The position numbers and the translations under genes were made by a program. The notes beneath the pieces were generated by a model. That model was not told the origin of the DNA. It worked only from the letters and a program-made list of their open reading frames with translations, and searched no databases. Shown piece after piece: positions 25,914-57,100 of a DNA stretch of 64,000 nucleotides (position 1 is its first letter; each line of letters opens with the position of its first letter). Source of the DNA: Hormiphora californensis (Eukaryota > Animalia > Ctenophora); NCBI GenBank assembly GCA_020137815.1, contig CM035353.1, positions 434,001 to 498,000 on the forward strand, given 5' to 3'.

Positions 25914-26022
25914 CGGGGACGGACCGAATCAGGAAATACTGGTTCCGGATTGGCTGATAACCAGTCACATGACCTAAATAACGAGTTATGATTGGTTGTT
26001 TACTTGTTTCGGTCGGTTCCTG
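25914..26022 (-). mobile_element. hAT-type MITE (copy 6, reverse orientation)
   Basis: Reverse complement of the ~109-bp family. Confidence 0.85.
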
Positions 26023-26955
26023 GTTTGATGCGTGCCTCCCGATCAAGTACTGCACTCGGCGGCAATTCAGAAATACCTTTCGGGCAGTACATGACGTATC
26101 GGGAGGTGCATCTAAATTATAAAACCCTAGCTGAGACGTTTCCTGCATGGGGGTCGTCCCCGGAAGATCTTCTGGAGGAACAATTAGGGATCAGGCTGTC
26201 AGACTCTACCACCGCTGATTGGTACAACAGATGGCAAACCAACAACATACCACTTCTCTAGTCTCTATACTACCACGATAGCTGAAACATGTCTGAGGGC
26301 GCCGACCCGATCTGAGCGCACTAGGTAATTGAGGTACGAAGATATCATGAATAGGGTAGCGACTGGTTATTTGGTGCATCAGATTTGGATTTATAGACAT
26401 CAGTGGGCTTGGCATGAGTTCTGACTAGCCCACTGATGTCTAAAAATTCAAATCTGGTGAACCTGCTGGCCTGTTGTGTTTCAAATTAGCTGCCATTTCA
26501 AATAGCCAGTCGCTACCCTTCACTTCTTGTGACATGTCACTGACAAGTATACCATTTAATTTCCCCTCAATTAATCGATTATTACATGTTTCTCTCCCAT
26601 TTCAACCTTCATTTATTTCACCTTCTGCGAATACCACCTGCTCTACCTCTGTACTGACTGATCTTCTCCTCTGCTGCTCAATCTCATTTTCACTTTATTT
26701 ATAAACACAGCGGCACGTGCAATAACAAACTGATAGCATGCAGAATGTGAAACAATGGTAGATATCATATGGGGGCCGGGGAGAGACATGAATTTTACTG
26801 TGCGTATTTGTTTGGAAAACAATCAAAGACCGAGCAAGTGATTAAATAAACATCCATTGAGTGCTTGAAATGTTACAAGCACATGCTCCCATGCTCGCTC
26901 AAGTCTTTCGCAGGAAGCTTTGAGAAGAGAGAGGAGAGAGAGAGAGAGAGAGAGT

Positions 26956-27028
<73 letters not shown>

Positions 27029-27170
27029 AGAGAGATATGTCACGTGGTATTCAATTTGGAAGCACGTGATGTTCATGAGCATCTTGACAAGCGCACAACA
27101 TGATATACTACATGCTCCTCTCAATTCCTGATTACTATAAAACACCTCCATCTATCCGTTTTCCACACTC

Positions 27171-27237
<67 letters not shown>

Positions 27238-27288
27238 CATCCCTCTCTCTCTCTCTCGTCTCTCATCACCTCGCTCTCTAGCTAGGCT

Positions 27289-27365
<77 letters not shown>

Positions 27366-28472
27366 ATCTTCTTTCCTGAGACCACTTTCCGTCAGTAGGT
27401 TCGCGAAAAGAAAACCGGCGCAATAAACCATCTTGAAAGGCTCTAACCATGCTAGGTATGTCCAAGGAACAAAATGATTGGCTCTATCGTATATCCGGAT
27501 ATAGTGATCTGAGTTCTCTATAGCCCGTGCTGTATGATTTTCGTCCCTTTCCCATTGGATTCATCTCCATCCCACGGGTTTACAGTTTTCAGGTCAGAGA
27601 GGGACCGGGGCAAGGTCTCGAGCGCCCAAAAGTGTCTTTTTCGACTCACCGACCCCCGGCCCCCCGTCTGCCCTTAACTTTTAAATTCAAAAACAAACCA
27701 GAACATAAAGGTTAGATTAAAAAGTTCTATGATGCAGTACACATTATTATTAATATAACTCAGGTTCTACACATACACTAATATACACACTTACTAAACA
27801 CTTGTCACGTACTTGTCACGTACTAAACACTTGTCACTTTAATACATTACAGTTCAGTATTAGGAAATTGAAAAACAGCGTCAAAAGAATAGCAGACATA
27901 TTTCATTTATTGGTTAGACTGAAACTGAAATTAGTATCTCCTTTTTGTCACTGCATAAATACTCAACAAGCATATGTCCTACCATCTGTTGAGTGCGAGG
28001 GACAGTCAGCTCACACTGAGGGTACACTGTGCAGGTGGGATCTGGTTAAAATACAGTCTCGACTTAACGCATGCTAAATTCTTACAGCTTGACGCGGAAC
28101 ACTATCGAGTGTGTTCTGTCTCACTACCCAATTGAAGGGTTTCTAGATTCTAAAACCTACACAGACTGAACTTTGAGACTTTATGCGGAGACCATATTGG
28201 GACAGCTGTACTAGTCACCATAGAAGCTATACTGCGCACATTATTCATACACTGTCAGTTGACAACTGAATTCAAATATAGTATGTTGTTCAATGTACGT
28301 TGTGTGTGGCTACAATTATAGTTCATCACACGTCCCTATTTTAAAGTTCTCTATTAAATCATGCTCCTTTCTCTCCCATTCTTTTTTCAAGCGTGATCTC
28401 AGTATAATATCTCCCAATTCTCATCTCCCTGCGTGTTGTTACAGCGATAGCATCTCAGAGCTGCAGTCCTTG

Positions 28473-45684
<17,212 letters not shown>

Positions 45685-47239
45685 CTAGTTCTCGTATTGT
45701 ATTTTCTATTATATTTCATCACTGATCCTCAACTTATTTTTCTCTTTCTCTTTCTCACTCCCTCTCTCTCCCTCCCTCTCTCTCTTTCCTTCCTCTGTCC
45801 CTATACCTATCACACATTATGTGTGTCATGGTAGCTATGGATGGTTGCTATGGTAACCAACGTAAGTGGTACAAAATTCATTATAGCTCCCCCAATAGCA
45901 CACGATGTACCATAGCTACCCCACCGAGTTTTCGAGTGGAGAAGAAGAGAGGGTTAGAGAGGGAGAGAGAGGGTTAGAGAGGGAGAGAGAGAGGAGAGAG
46001 AGAGAGAGAGAGAGAGGAGAGAGGAGGGAAGAGAGGGAGAAGGTAGAGTTTTTTTGAAGACTAAAGAAGCAAGAAGCCAAACGAAGGGCGATAAAAGTAA
46101 AAAGAAAGCGAGGCACAAGCGAATGCAGCCTCTAAAAGAGCGGAGGTGAGATAGGAGCGAGGGCGAAAGCGAGGCGGGGCGAGAGTAGCGAGGACTGGGG
46201 AGGGGAAGATGAGGGGGGGATGCGGAAAGAGGAGGGGAACAGAGTGGACGGAGGGTGAATGGGGGGAGAGGAGACGAGAGAGAGGAAGTTGGTATAGGGA
46301 GGGACGGGAGAGGGAGCGGGAGAGGGAGAGGAGAGGGAGAGGGACTAGTAGGAGGGCGAGCGAGAGGTGAATGAGCTGTCAGGGATGATGGTAGAGGAGA
46401 GGGAGAGGGGAGGAGAGCAGTGAGAGGGTAGAGGGAGAGGGAGGAAGAGGGAGAGGAGAGGGAGAGGGAGCGGCGAGAGGGAGAGGGAGAGGGATGAGGG
46501 AGATGATAGAGGAGGAGAGGGGAGGAGGGACAGAGGGAGAGGGGAGAGGGAGAGGGAAGGGAGAGGGAGAGGGAGAGTGAAGAGTGAGAGGGAGAGGGAG
46601 AGGGAGAGGGAGATAGCGGAGAGGGGAGAGGAGAGGGAAGGGAGGAGAGGGCCAGGGATGAGGCGAGAGGGAGGGAGGAGAGGGAGGGGAGGGGAGAGGG
46701 AGAAGAGGGAGATGCTTGTTCGGGAGACATTTTGCTAAATGAGCTCCGTCTCACTATATAGTAGTTCTCCAGCAAGATCTCTAGTGACATAACATAGAAG
46801 AGACGGACAATACGTACACCATCTGTCCATAACTGGTTCGCCGCTAGACTGTGGGGTGGCTCAAAGGGTAAAAGAGGACGAAGAAGCACAGGAAGAAGAG
46901 ACCATCCCGCAGAGGAGCTGTGTAAAACTGCAGCTTTTGTGACCAAACAAATTGAAGCACCAGACAGCGCTCATGAATCGACTGGAAGGATACTAATGAT
47001 ACTTGTGAACGAGACGCGAAGCTGTCTGAGCCAAAACTACGTACGCTTGCGTTATGAAACAATTCAAGGATGGAAAACCGACGGAACGAGCTCCAGTTAA
47101 CTGTTGATACAAATGACTCATGATTCTGGCAGAAACAATTTATGTGAGATAGGGGTATATGGCAGTTGGCACATAGAATATCTGCCTCCTCTCTCTACTC
47201 TACTCTATCTATATATCTATATCTCTTATCTCTGTTCTC

Positions 47240-47288
<49 letters not shown>

Positions 47289-48110
47289 ATAATAATACCA
47301 TAAATATAATTCGGGCTGCCCTGGGTAACACATGATATGTGTCACGTGATAATTTCTCGCTTGTCCCATCTTCCCTGGGATCAGTATAGCAATTCTCTCT
47401 CTGTATCTATGTCTTACACTCTCTGTTGTCCTCTATATATCCCTGTCTCTATCCTCCCTATCCTCTCTGTCTCCCTATCCTCCATGTCTCTATATTCCTA
47501 TATATTGGCCACACCAGCGAGAGGGAACATCTGTCAGTCAGTGTGACAGTAAGTGTGGTGTCTGAGAGCAGCGATAAACGAAAAGAAGGAAAAGAGGAGA
47601 AAGGAGAAAAGGACAAGAGCGGAGGAGTAGAGGAAAAAAGAAAGGAGCGGCGAGGGAGGGGGGGCGGGAGGGCGGTGGAGGAGTAGAGCAATAAGACGGG
47701 GACTCGCACGGGTAATCTTTGACGGGGTACATAGAAAGAGAGAGAGAGATGAGAGAGGCAGACCTGTTTTTGTCAATGAGAGATCCTTGATACGAGTACA
47801 CTCTCCTTTCCCGTCTCGAGAGTCCGAGGGTGATGAAGAGAGTTGACCCTTGAGTTGGATGAAGAAGAGGTCGAGCTAGCGATGCAAGGGAATTAGGAGC
47901 AAGAAAGATACGTTTATCATAAGCTCGGCAGTACAGATGAAGAGGTTGCATTGGAGAGTAAAGGCTGAGAGATCGCAGGGGATGAGGAGATATTGAGGTT
48001 TGGAAGAGATGAGAGAGGAGATAATGGATGGAGGGAGATTAAACAGAGAGATGATGAGAGAAGCAGAGTGATGAGAGGAGAGAGAGAAGAGAGAGGTACA
48101 GAGAGAAGAG

Positions 48111-48143
<33 letters not shown>

Positions 48144-49051
48144 GGAGCAGAACGAGATGTGAGAGAGAGAGGAGAGAGAGGAGAGAGAGACAGAGACAGA
48201 GAGAGAGAGAGAGGGATGCTAATGACCAATGCCAGGTATGCCTGTGCCCTGTAGTATTATAACAGCATAAATTTTTGCTGCATGCAGCTGTATAAAAGGT
48301 ATTGCTGGAAAGATTCAAAGAAGCTCTCTCTCTCTCAGTACAGGCACTTAGGCTGCTTCTTTATGAGTTGCTCAGTAGCCGAGCTGTGGCCGGACGAGGA
48401 GAGAGTCAGAACATCTCCAACAACGTGGCCAGAATGTGGTAGTTACACTAGCAGTTTTGGTTATGTACACAAAGGAAAAACTACCGTTTAGTATAGCAGT
48501 TTTGGTTATGTATACAAACTGTACTACATGGCGGAAGTGCACCACACAACTATTATAGCAGTGGCTGGTGATATATATCTACTAGCTGGTGATCGGGAAC
48601 TATGACTGTGACACCAATATGAATAACATGATAGAGCTAGTATAAGATTAAGAGTTTATAAATCCACCAGAACAGAGTTTAGTTTCAATAATTGACTTTG
48701 AGTAGATCTCGATAATTCACAAAGCGCGATTACGAATGCACGTGCTGCACATGAAGTTGCGTCAAAGAACTACAGCTACTCAATGGCCAGGTCTTTGAGC
48801 CAAAATATTGAACGGATTCTATAGATCAAAGATTCAGAGGCCTAATACAATTCAAAATTAGGATACTTTACCGTTGGCATATGAATGAGTCAAATAGCCA
48901 AACATACTGGACCCCCTGAGTTGCTCATTAGCGATACTGCAATAGTAATATAATGGGATTGGGACCGGGGGCAATGAGATTCTGCGAATCCATTTTCATG
49001 AGCAGGGAAGATGAAGAGAAAGATGAGAGAGAGGGAGAGAGAGTGAGAGAG

Positions 49052-49147
<96 letters not shown>

Positions 49148-50679
49148 AGAGAGAGATCGATGGTGTGATCACATATTGCGAGGGCGAAATAGAGAGATCC
49201 TTTTCAATAGTCTCTATTCGCTTCACCACTACCGATGCCCGATGGGCAATTCATTTATTCTCACAAGTCACATTTTGGAAAGTTATACACCCAAACTCAA
49301 TTCTTCTGTCTGGCCAGACAGCAATTCTTGGAATTTGAAGACTGTCAAAAACAGGGGAGTTTGTCTAACGACTAAAGCACAGAAGTATACAAAAAGCTGT
49401 AAGAAATCATATAAATTTAGGGAGCTGCTAGCTTAGGATTGGCTTTGGAAAGGAGACTTGTCTAGCTCGACCCTCTCTTACCAATGTAAAAGAGGGATAG
49501 AACATTGCATAACAAGGGGAGACTTTATCTAGCACTGGACCTAGAAAATATTAACCTCGTGCGTGATCGGGTTTCACGAGTGGGAGTGCAGCCCCGTGCT
49601 AAGATAACAGAAAATCACTTCTGAAACACCCACACAACAAACGCTAGCTGAATAAGAGAATTACAACAATGACAGAACTAAACAAGGGACAAAGAAACAG
49701 CTTGTAATTACATCTCATCTATTATCCTTGAGAATTATAGGCCAGCTCCTCAATGGCTGATTGTAATATGCGTGTTTTATCGCCTAGCAACGTGACAGAT
49801 ACAAATTGGTACTGCCAATTAGGCCATACAGAATTGTTTATCCAACTCATGATTCGCATGGCATAATTCAATATCTAACACACAGTGGTAGTATTATATT
49901 CCGAATTTGTCAAATGCATGAGTCAATTAATTATATCAGTTGAATATTTTACTCACCCCTTTAACACCTGGCGGTAGTCCCGGGTAATAACTTTGCATAT
50001 CCATCGTAGTCTCTCAGATTTAACATAGAACTTACTATAAAACAGGCATTTGTTTATCTTAGTGTGTTCGAGTTAACTTTATTTCACGCCCACTACGGTT
50101 GGCTTGTTTTGCTCAAACCTGCGAAGAGAGGAGTCGAGCAAGGCAACGGAGTCCCAATTGTTCTAACGCGGTATCTGAACACCTGGCAGCAACTCAGCAT
50201 CCGTCACCATCTACTATTGGTTGCGATAACTGGGGTGGCATGATTTTGACGGTCGCGTTAGATGATAAAATGATTTTGTCATCCAACGCGACCGTTAAAA
50301 TGGTTAAATTTTAACAGCGCTCAAGTGTGTGCGGGTTTAAAATCAAAATTTTAATTTTAACTTTGGTGTGTGCTGAGTCAGCACACACCAAAGTACTGCT
50401 GACCCTTACTTTTTTGGACATAGAATTAGAATTAGAATTAGAATTAGAATTAGAAACAAAAAACAGAAAATGTAGCCGAAATATGCGACTGTAGCCATCT
50501 GTGTCCAAATAAGAAGAGACCCAAAAAACAAAGATCGTACATATGATCACCGAGCAAGCATCGTACACACATCGCGAAACCCAGGGATTTGCGAGCATGC
50601 ACGTAACCGGCCCCCTGTAGGGTGGTCATATGTACGGTCAAGACCCACACACACACACCCTCAAACAGAAGTTCATAGT

Positions 50680-53600
50680 TCATGTATTGCACGATTGATT
50701 TGATACCCATGAGTCTCTAAGCAGTTTGCAGCTCTTGAGGAACCGGTTAAGATAGCTGCAGTGGTATTCAGAGAATACTGTGGGGAAATCCTTTTCTGCG
50801 ATGGCGGATCTTAGTGATTCAGGGAGGGTGACTCGTATATGGTGGTATGCTGGACAGGTGGTGATGACATGTTCCTCGCTTTCGAGTATCGTTTCAGGGA
50901 AGGGGAGGTTGTCAAGTAGCCGTCGATTCAGGTCGTCGCAGCAAAATCTACAGTGTTTGGGTTGGTTTGACTGGGTGTATCTTGAGGTTTCGATCCTGAG
51001 GTCGTGGGCACTAACTCGGATTTTGCTTACCTCCTTCCTGTCCGCTCTTTTTATGTTCAAGTAATCCTCGTAGCCGTAGCTTGGTTTAACCGAATTGTAG
51101 AAGTGCATTTTTGACTGCTTCTGGCGAAGTGATTCCCAGTGGGTAACCATCTGATGTTCCATGGTTTGCCTTGCGGGGGCCGTTACTACTGTGGAGCTTG
51201 TTCCAGAAGGTGTACCAGTCCAGGTCCAAAGTTTTCTGCTCCTTTGCTGCTAGACCTAGAAGTGAGTCTTCATCGCCACACTTGGACATGACCCTGGCGA
51301 AGTAGTGGAGGCATTGGTTCAGTACCGTGATCGAAACTGGAGCTCTACCAGTCTCCCCGTAGCAAGCGGTGTTGGTGCTCTTTTTATGCACCCCAAGTGC
51401 CCATTTGATGAATTTGAGTTGCACTTTCTCGAAAGGGTCAGCGGTTATCCGCTTCATGTACGTTTCACAGTTTGCAGGTGTAGAGTGGAGTACCTTGGCA
51501 GATTCGGAATACGGGAGCCAGATTGGGCAGCCGTATGTGATGATGGAGTTATTAGAGCGTCAAAGAGCTTGAAAGCTGCCCAAGCTGAGAGGGAGTCACC
51601 ATTCACTGTTTTCCTCAGGAGAAAGACGGCTTTACTCCCTTTGGTGGAGAGGTTAGTGATTGCCGCCTTCATACTTCCGCTGGCAGAGAATACAATACCC
51701 AGGTAGGTGTACTCTTTTACCGAATCAAGTGTTTTACCGAGCAGCTGAAATCCATGGCTGTCCTTCAGAACTCTGCCGGAAGGATTAAAGACTAGGATCT
51801 TAGTCTTTTCTGTATTTATCTCTAGCTCCCAGGTGGTAGCGTAATCTCCCAAGATAGCAAGGAGGCTGTCCATCGAGCCGCTATCGAGTGCTAGCAACAC
51901 AATGTCATCGGCCCACAATAGGTGGTTGACATCACAGCCCCCTAGTACTGGAAATAGTCCTTTCGAGCTATTTAAGAGTTGGGACATTTCGTCAAGGAAC
52001 ATCTTGAAAAACTCCGGGCTAAGGGGGTGTCCTTGTTCGGTTCCGATCCTTACAAGGAATGACTGGGATATCATACCGCTCAGTTTTATTGATGTTCTGG
52101 AGTTGCAGTACATGTCCGAGATACTGGCGAAGAACCCACCACATATACCCATATGATCTAGCTTCTTGAGTAAGGCGATCCTACAGACCGAGTCAAAGGC
52201 TTTACGGTAGTCGACGAAGCAAGCAAAAACTCGCTGTTTCTTCTTCTTCAAGTATTTCTCCAGAATCGTTTTCAGTACCAGTGTATGATCATTTGTTTGT
52301 CCACCTTTCGCGAATCCCTGTTGGTTTGGGGTATCGGGACATACTTTGGCCCGGAACAAAGTAAGCCTGTTCAGGAGAATACTGCTATAAAGCTTTCCAA
52401 TGCAGCTTCCCAAGGTTATCGCCCGGTAGTTGTCAGGGTTAGCTGTTGATCCCTTCTTGTGAATTACTGTTGTCAGGGACGTGTTCCATGGGTAGCAACC
52501 GATAGTGAGGCATCCGTTAAACAGTTTTAGTAGCACCAGTTTGAGATCCAGAGATGAGGATCGTAGCATTTCATTGGCTACTTGATCAAGGGAGGGGCTT
52601 TTCCCGTTCTTAAGGTCTTTAATTGAGTTAGATAGCTCATCCATGGAAATTGGGCAAGAGAGCTCATCGGCGATTGACCTTTCCGGGATGGACGCTGCTG
52701 TCTCCGGTATGGGGTGATCATCTGCTGGTTTGTCACATTTGGAGTCGTACAGACCCTTGAAGAAGGTATAAAAGATGTGAAGGTCCTCAATGTCAAAGTT
52801 TATCGCATTCGTTGATGTTTCTGACTTGAGCCTCTGTAACCCAGGCCAGTTGAGTTGACGGGTGTCAAGGTGACTAATCTTATTGTTCAGTCGCCAGAGG
52901 TATCCGTTTTTCTTCCTCCTGGTAAGGTTACGATAACTTCTTTTCGCTGTGTGGTACCTCTCGCTGGCTGGAGTGTTGTAGCAATCATCCGATACCTTGG
53001 CACCAGCATTGTCAAGTGACCTCTTGGCTCTAGAACATTCTTTATCGTACCACGGTTTACCCTTCTTCTTTGCTTTTCGTTGTTTCAAGGTTGAAACAGC
53101 AAGGTTCTGGAGCAGTTCGGTAGTCTTGTTGTTCAGGTCTTGAATGTTGGATTTGTCGTCGAGTGGCATTTGGAGGAGTTCGTGTAGCCGACTTTGGACC
53201 GACCGTTCCATCTGGTTCATAAGAAATTGAGTACTTGATTTGTTGTTACAGGCTTCCCATACAAATCCAGCCGGTGCTGAGGTGAAGTTCATTTCCCGTC
53301 TATGGGCTGCAACCGTGTAGGGTAGTATAGGATTGAGAGTCATTCTCAGTGGTCTGTGGTCAGAGATGGGATAGAGTTTATCCACAGAGAATGAATGGAT
53401 ACGCTCAAAGAGATCGATGTCGGTACAACAGTAGTCCACCATGCTGGCACCGTTAGGACGAACACAGGTTGGCGAACCGAAGATGTCTCCGATAGTTCTC
53501 CCATTGGCAATCACGAGACCGTTGGTTCGTACGAATTCTAGAAGTGCCTTTCCTTTCGAATTTTCTTTGACGTCCTCACATGATCTCTCTGGTAGGGTTG

Positions 53601-54180
53601 CTAGACGTGGACAGTCTATTTGCGATAAAGGATTGTCTGGTTCCAAGTGGAGGTTAGACTGCATAGCTTGGTGCTCGTTGCTGACTTTGTTTCCCATCCT
53701 GGCGTTGAAATCACCAAGTAGGATGACGGACCCCTCTTGGTTGGAATCTGCAAGGATGTCGCTTATTGAGTCAGTTACCGAGTCGTCCTGTCCTTTGCCG
53801 GATTTTTTATAAGAGCTGGCGTCAGGGGAGTCATATGCACTGATAAGAATTGTTTCCTTGCCAAGCAGGTCCTGTTTTACTCGCAGCATGATAATGTCCG
53901 GGTGTTCGCATTGTATGGGTGAGATCCAGTGAGCGAGCTCGTTCTTTACTGCGATGCAGACTCCACCCGATTTTGATTTGGGACGGTTAGAATTAAAGCA
54001 CCGGTATCCGTTAATCTTTACTGGGCGCTTGGTTTCCTGCAGGCAAATGAAGTGAGCTGTTGAGGTAACTGAACTGAAGTCTGGTGACTCGACCTTGTTC
54101 CCTTCGATCCTGGAATGAGCGTCGTGGATATTCCACGAGACAAAGTTGAGTCCCGGCAATTTGATGTTACCGTTATTCAT
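50680..54180 (-). CDS. LINE ORF2p (APE endonuclease + RT + C-terminal Cys/His domain) with two frameshifts (~51545, ~51160)
   Basis: APE motifs SWNI, LQET, GDFNAR, VDY and SDH; RT motifs NYRAITL, FVDYRKAFDSV, QGHPLSP and LWADD. The C-terminus FIKWALGVHKKSTNTACYGETGRAP / RVSAHDLRIETSRY..CRFC..EEHVITTCPAY is RTEX-like. Confidence 0.92.
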
Positions 54181-57100
54181 TTGATCTGCTGTTTCTCGGA
54201 TTAGGCAAGCGGAGTGTTTTATTTATACCGTTTCTCAGAGAGGCCCACATCAGTTTCATTCCCCTCTCACATGATGGTAATACTGGTCCAGCTTCACCTG
54301 AATAGGTTGTCGTGAAGTTCCAGAGTTCATCGTTGGTATATGAATATACCCTCTGGGAATGACTCCTAAATTGTGACACGAATTGAAAGATGGCTTTGGA
54401 AGTGTCTTCCACTCTGTCAGCCAGGGAACTGCTATCAGTACCAACGTGGAAGGGTGTAGAGAAGTAAAGGTTGGGAGTTCCTGTGGGTACAGCTAGTATA
54501 GCTTCGGATATTATTCTGCAGTAGTCGGCTATCTCCTGAGGTACAGTAGCTTCTTTAGCGTCGTTCCAGCCTGTATGAATGAACACGCATGAGGGGTTCA
54601 GCTTCTCAACTGTGCGTATGAAGGCCTCCCTTTCTGTGGTTGCTAGGTTTTTCAGGCTTTTGGCTTTTATCAGCTTCAGTCTCAGATGTCGGGGGAAGGC
54701 TGCTTTGTTGAAACCGTCGAATAGTCCATCGTGTATTACCAGCACATAGTGGTGCCGATATGATTCTCTCGCAGCGGGTGGTCGTGAGGACCTAGCTGAC
54801 CGGACCTGTCTTCTTACGATGGGGCCCCCTTCAGCTCCACTAGCCGAGCGTGGGTCAGTTGCCTGGGGTTCTGTTGTCTGGTCCCCGTCTTGTGATGTAC
54901 CTGAGCCGGTCTGCTGTTCAGCTGTTGGTGCAGCTGGTGCCAAACTATCCTCTCCCCTCTGTGTTACAACCGATCCGATCTGCTGATCAGCTGTAGCTCC
55001 ATTGCTTCCAGATATAGCCGATGCATATGAGTCAGAGAGTCCGTTGACAGCATTTACGTTTCTCTGGTTGACATCAGCCTCTGTATCTAAGTCCCTTGGT
55101 TGGTCAGGGACGCGTGATTGTTCTTCGGGTTCCACCGCTACAGGGGTCGGCTGCCTGGCAGGTGTTTCAGCAGAAATCAGTTGTGAGGCCCTCATACTTT
55201 CTGTCAATCGGAGTACCACAGAGTTCATATCGGAGGATTGAGTTTCAAGAATCTGTATGCGGAGTATTGCAGAGTTGTGAGCTTCCAATAGTGTATTGTG
55301 GGCGCACTTGAGCTCTTCGAGTTCACCTTTAAGGAGTTCATTTTGTTCTGTGATTCTACCGACCGCGTTTGCGAGGATAGTGTTTGAATCCGCGAGCTTG
55401 TCTACTTTCGAGACTATAGACTCATTGATGGAGGTGAGGTGGTCTATCTTCTTCAGAAGCTCGGTGACTCGGTCGGGTTCAGCAGTGTTGGATGTTGGTG
55501 ATTTTTTGGTCTTCTTTGGCTTACTGCCCTCTTCGTCAATTAGCAGATCCATAATGTGACGGTTACTGGCTACTTCAGCTTTCAAGTGAAGCAAGTTCTC
55601 TTCTAGAATTCTGATTGGCCGGTCGTTGGACGTTTCCACTGGGGGATTCGAGATGATTGGTTCAGGGGGGATTTTGGACACAGCGGGTGCTTCGGGATCT
55701 GCTGATTCGGGAATCGGATCAGGTTTTTCCTCATTTGAGAGTTGGCTTGATTTTGATAGCTGCTTCATCAACTTTTTTTTCCTCTTTTTCTCACGTTTTT
55801 TATCGGATTTTGTAGAGGAAACGTGGCTGTTAGATTTGGTATCACTACCGCTCTGGCGGGTGCACCATCTATCAACTAGAGCCATTTTTTTGTCCCTTAG
55901 ATATGAAGAGCTTCCTAGGTTCAGCTCAAGACGGATGATCTCGTTCTCTATGGCCTTACTTGTACATTGGTCTAACATGACGTTGCACAGTTCGGGGGTT
56001 GGGAGTACCTGGCCTTCATATATTTTCTGGAATTCATTGAGCAGGTTTTGTCTGGAGCAATATTGATCCATTCCTGGTGTGCGTGGGAGCTTGGCTGCAT
56101 CCATCAACTTGTTCAGGAGATTAGGTCTGGCAGAGTTTACCATGTTAACGGTAATCTCCCAGTTGATGAAGAGGTCACTGTCAAATCCAGGACTTTCAGA
56201 ATTGAAGCTGCTAGGTGTAGGGGATTTTACCCCGTCAACAGGTTTGGTATTAACAACCTTATTATTCTGTGTGGCACTAGTTGGAGTGTTGACTGCGATT
56301 GCTGGATATTCAGAGGTAACAGGAGATAGTTTGGGTGATACTGGTAGTGGTGAGGGCGATCTATCGAAGATATCAGGACCGATTTTTGGGTTGGTTGTAT
56401 TGAAGTCGGGGGATAGTGATTCCTGCTTCTCCTCCAGTTGTACAGATTCTGAGAGGGTCACCCAGAAGTGATGATCAGGAGAGATCTCCTCTTGTCCTTT
56501 AACAACGTTGATATTGGTCCATTCTTTGGTGGGATCCACACAGAGCACAGATAGAGGGGGCATGGGCACGTCTATCACCAGGGTGTTGTGTTTGCTCCTC
56601 ATGTGGATTATCTGTTCTGACCCAATGTTAAGAATCACGAGTGGCTTGCTGGATTTACCGTTGAAACTAACTGGTGTCCAGCTGTTTCTTGTGTATGTCA
56701 CATCCAGCGTATCCAGTACTGACACATTTCTGGGCGCTGCAGCTGGAAGGGAGGATTTCAGATGATTTTGCAGTGTTTTAACAAGATCCGAGTAAACTTG
56801 TGCAGTGCCAGAATTACCAGTATGTATTGTGAAGTTGCACTCTTCTTCAGCAGCATCCCTGGGCATGTCCTGCGCTAGTTGTTTAGCTAGTTCTGCACGA
56901 TCTGAAGAAAAGGCCTCTCCAATTGCTGTGCTGGATCTGTGTAGGATGGGACCATGTGCAGTGTTCGCTATCTTCAAAACTCCATCCGACTCCATTTTGA
57001 GACAGCGGATGCCTCCTACTGCCCCGACCGTTAAATATTCTGCTGGGGCAAGGCGATGTGAGGGGGAGGATGGGGCTGACATGGTCCTCCGTCTTTTACC

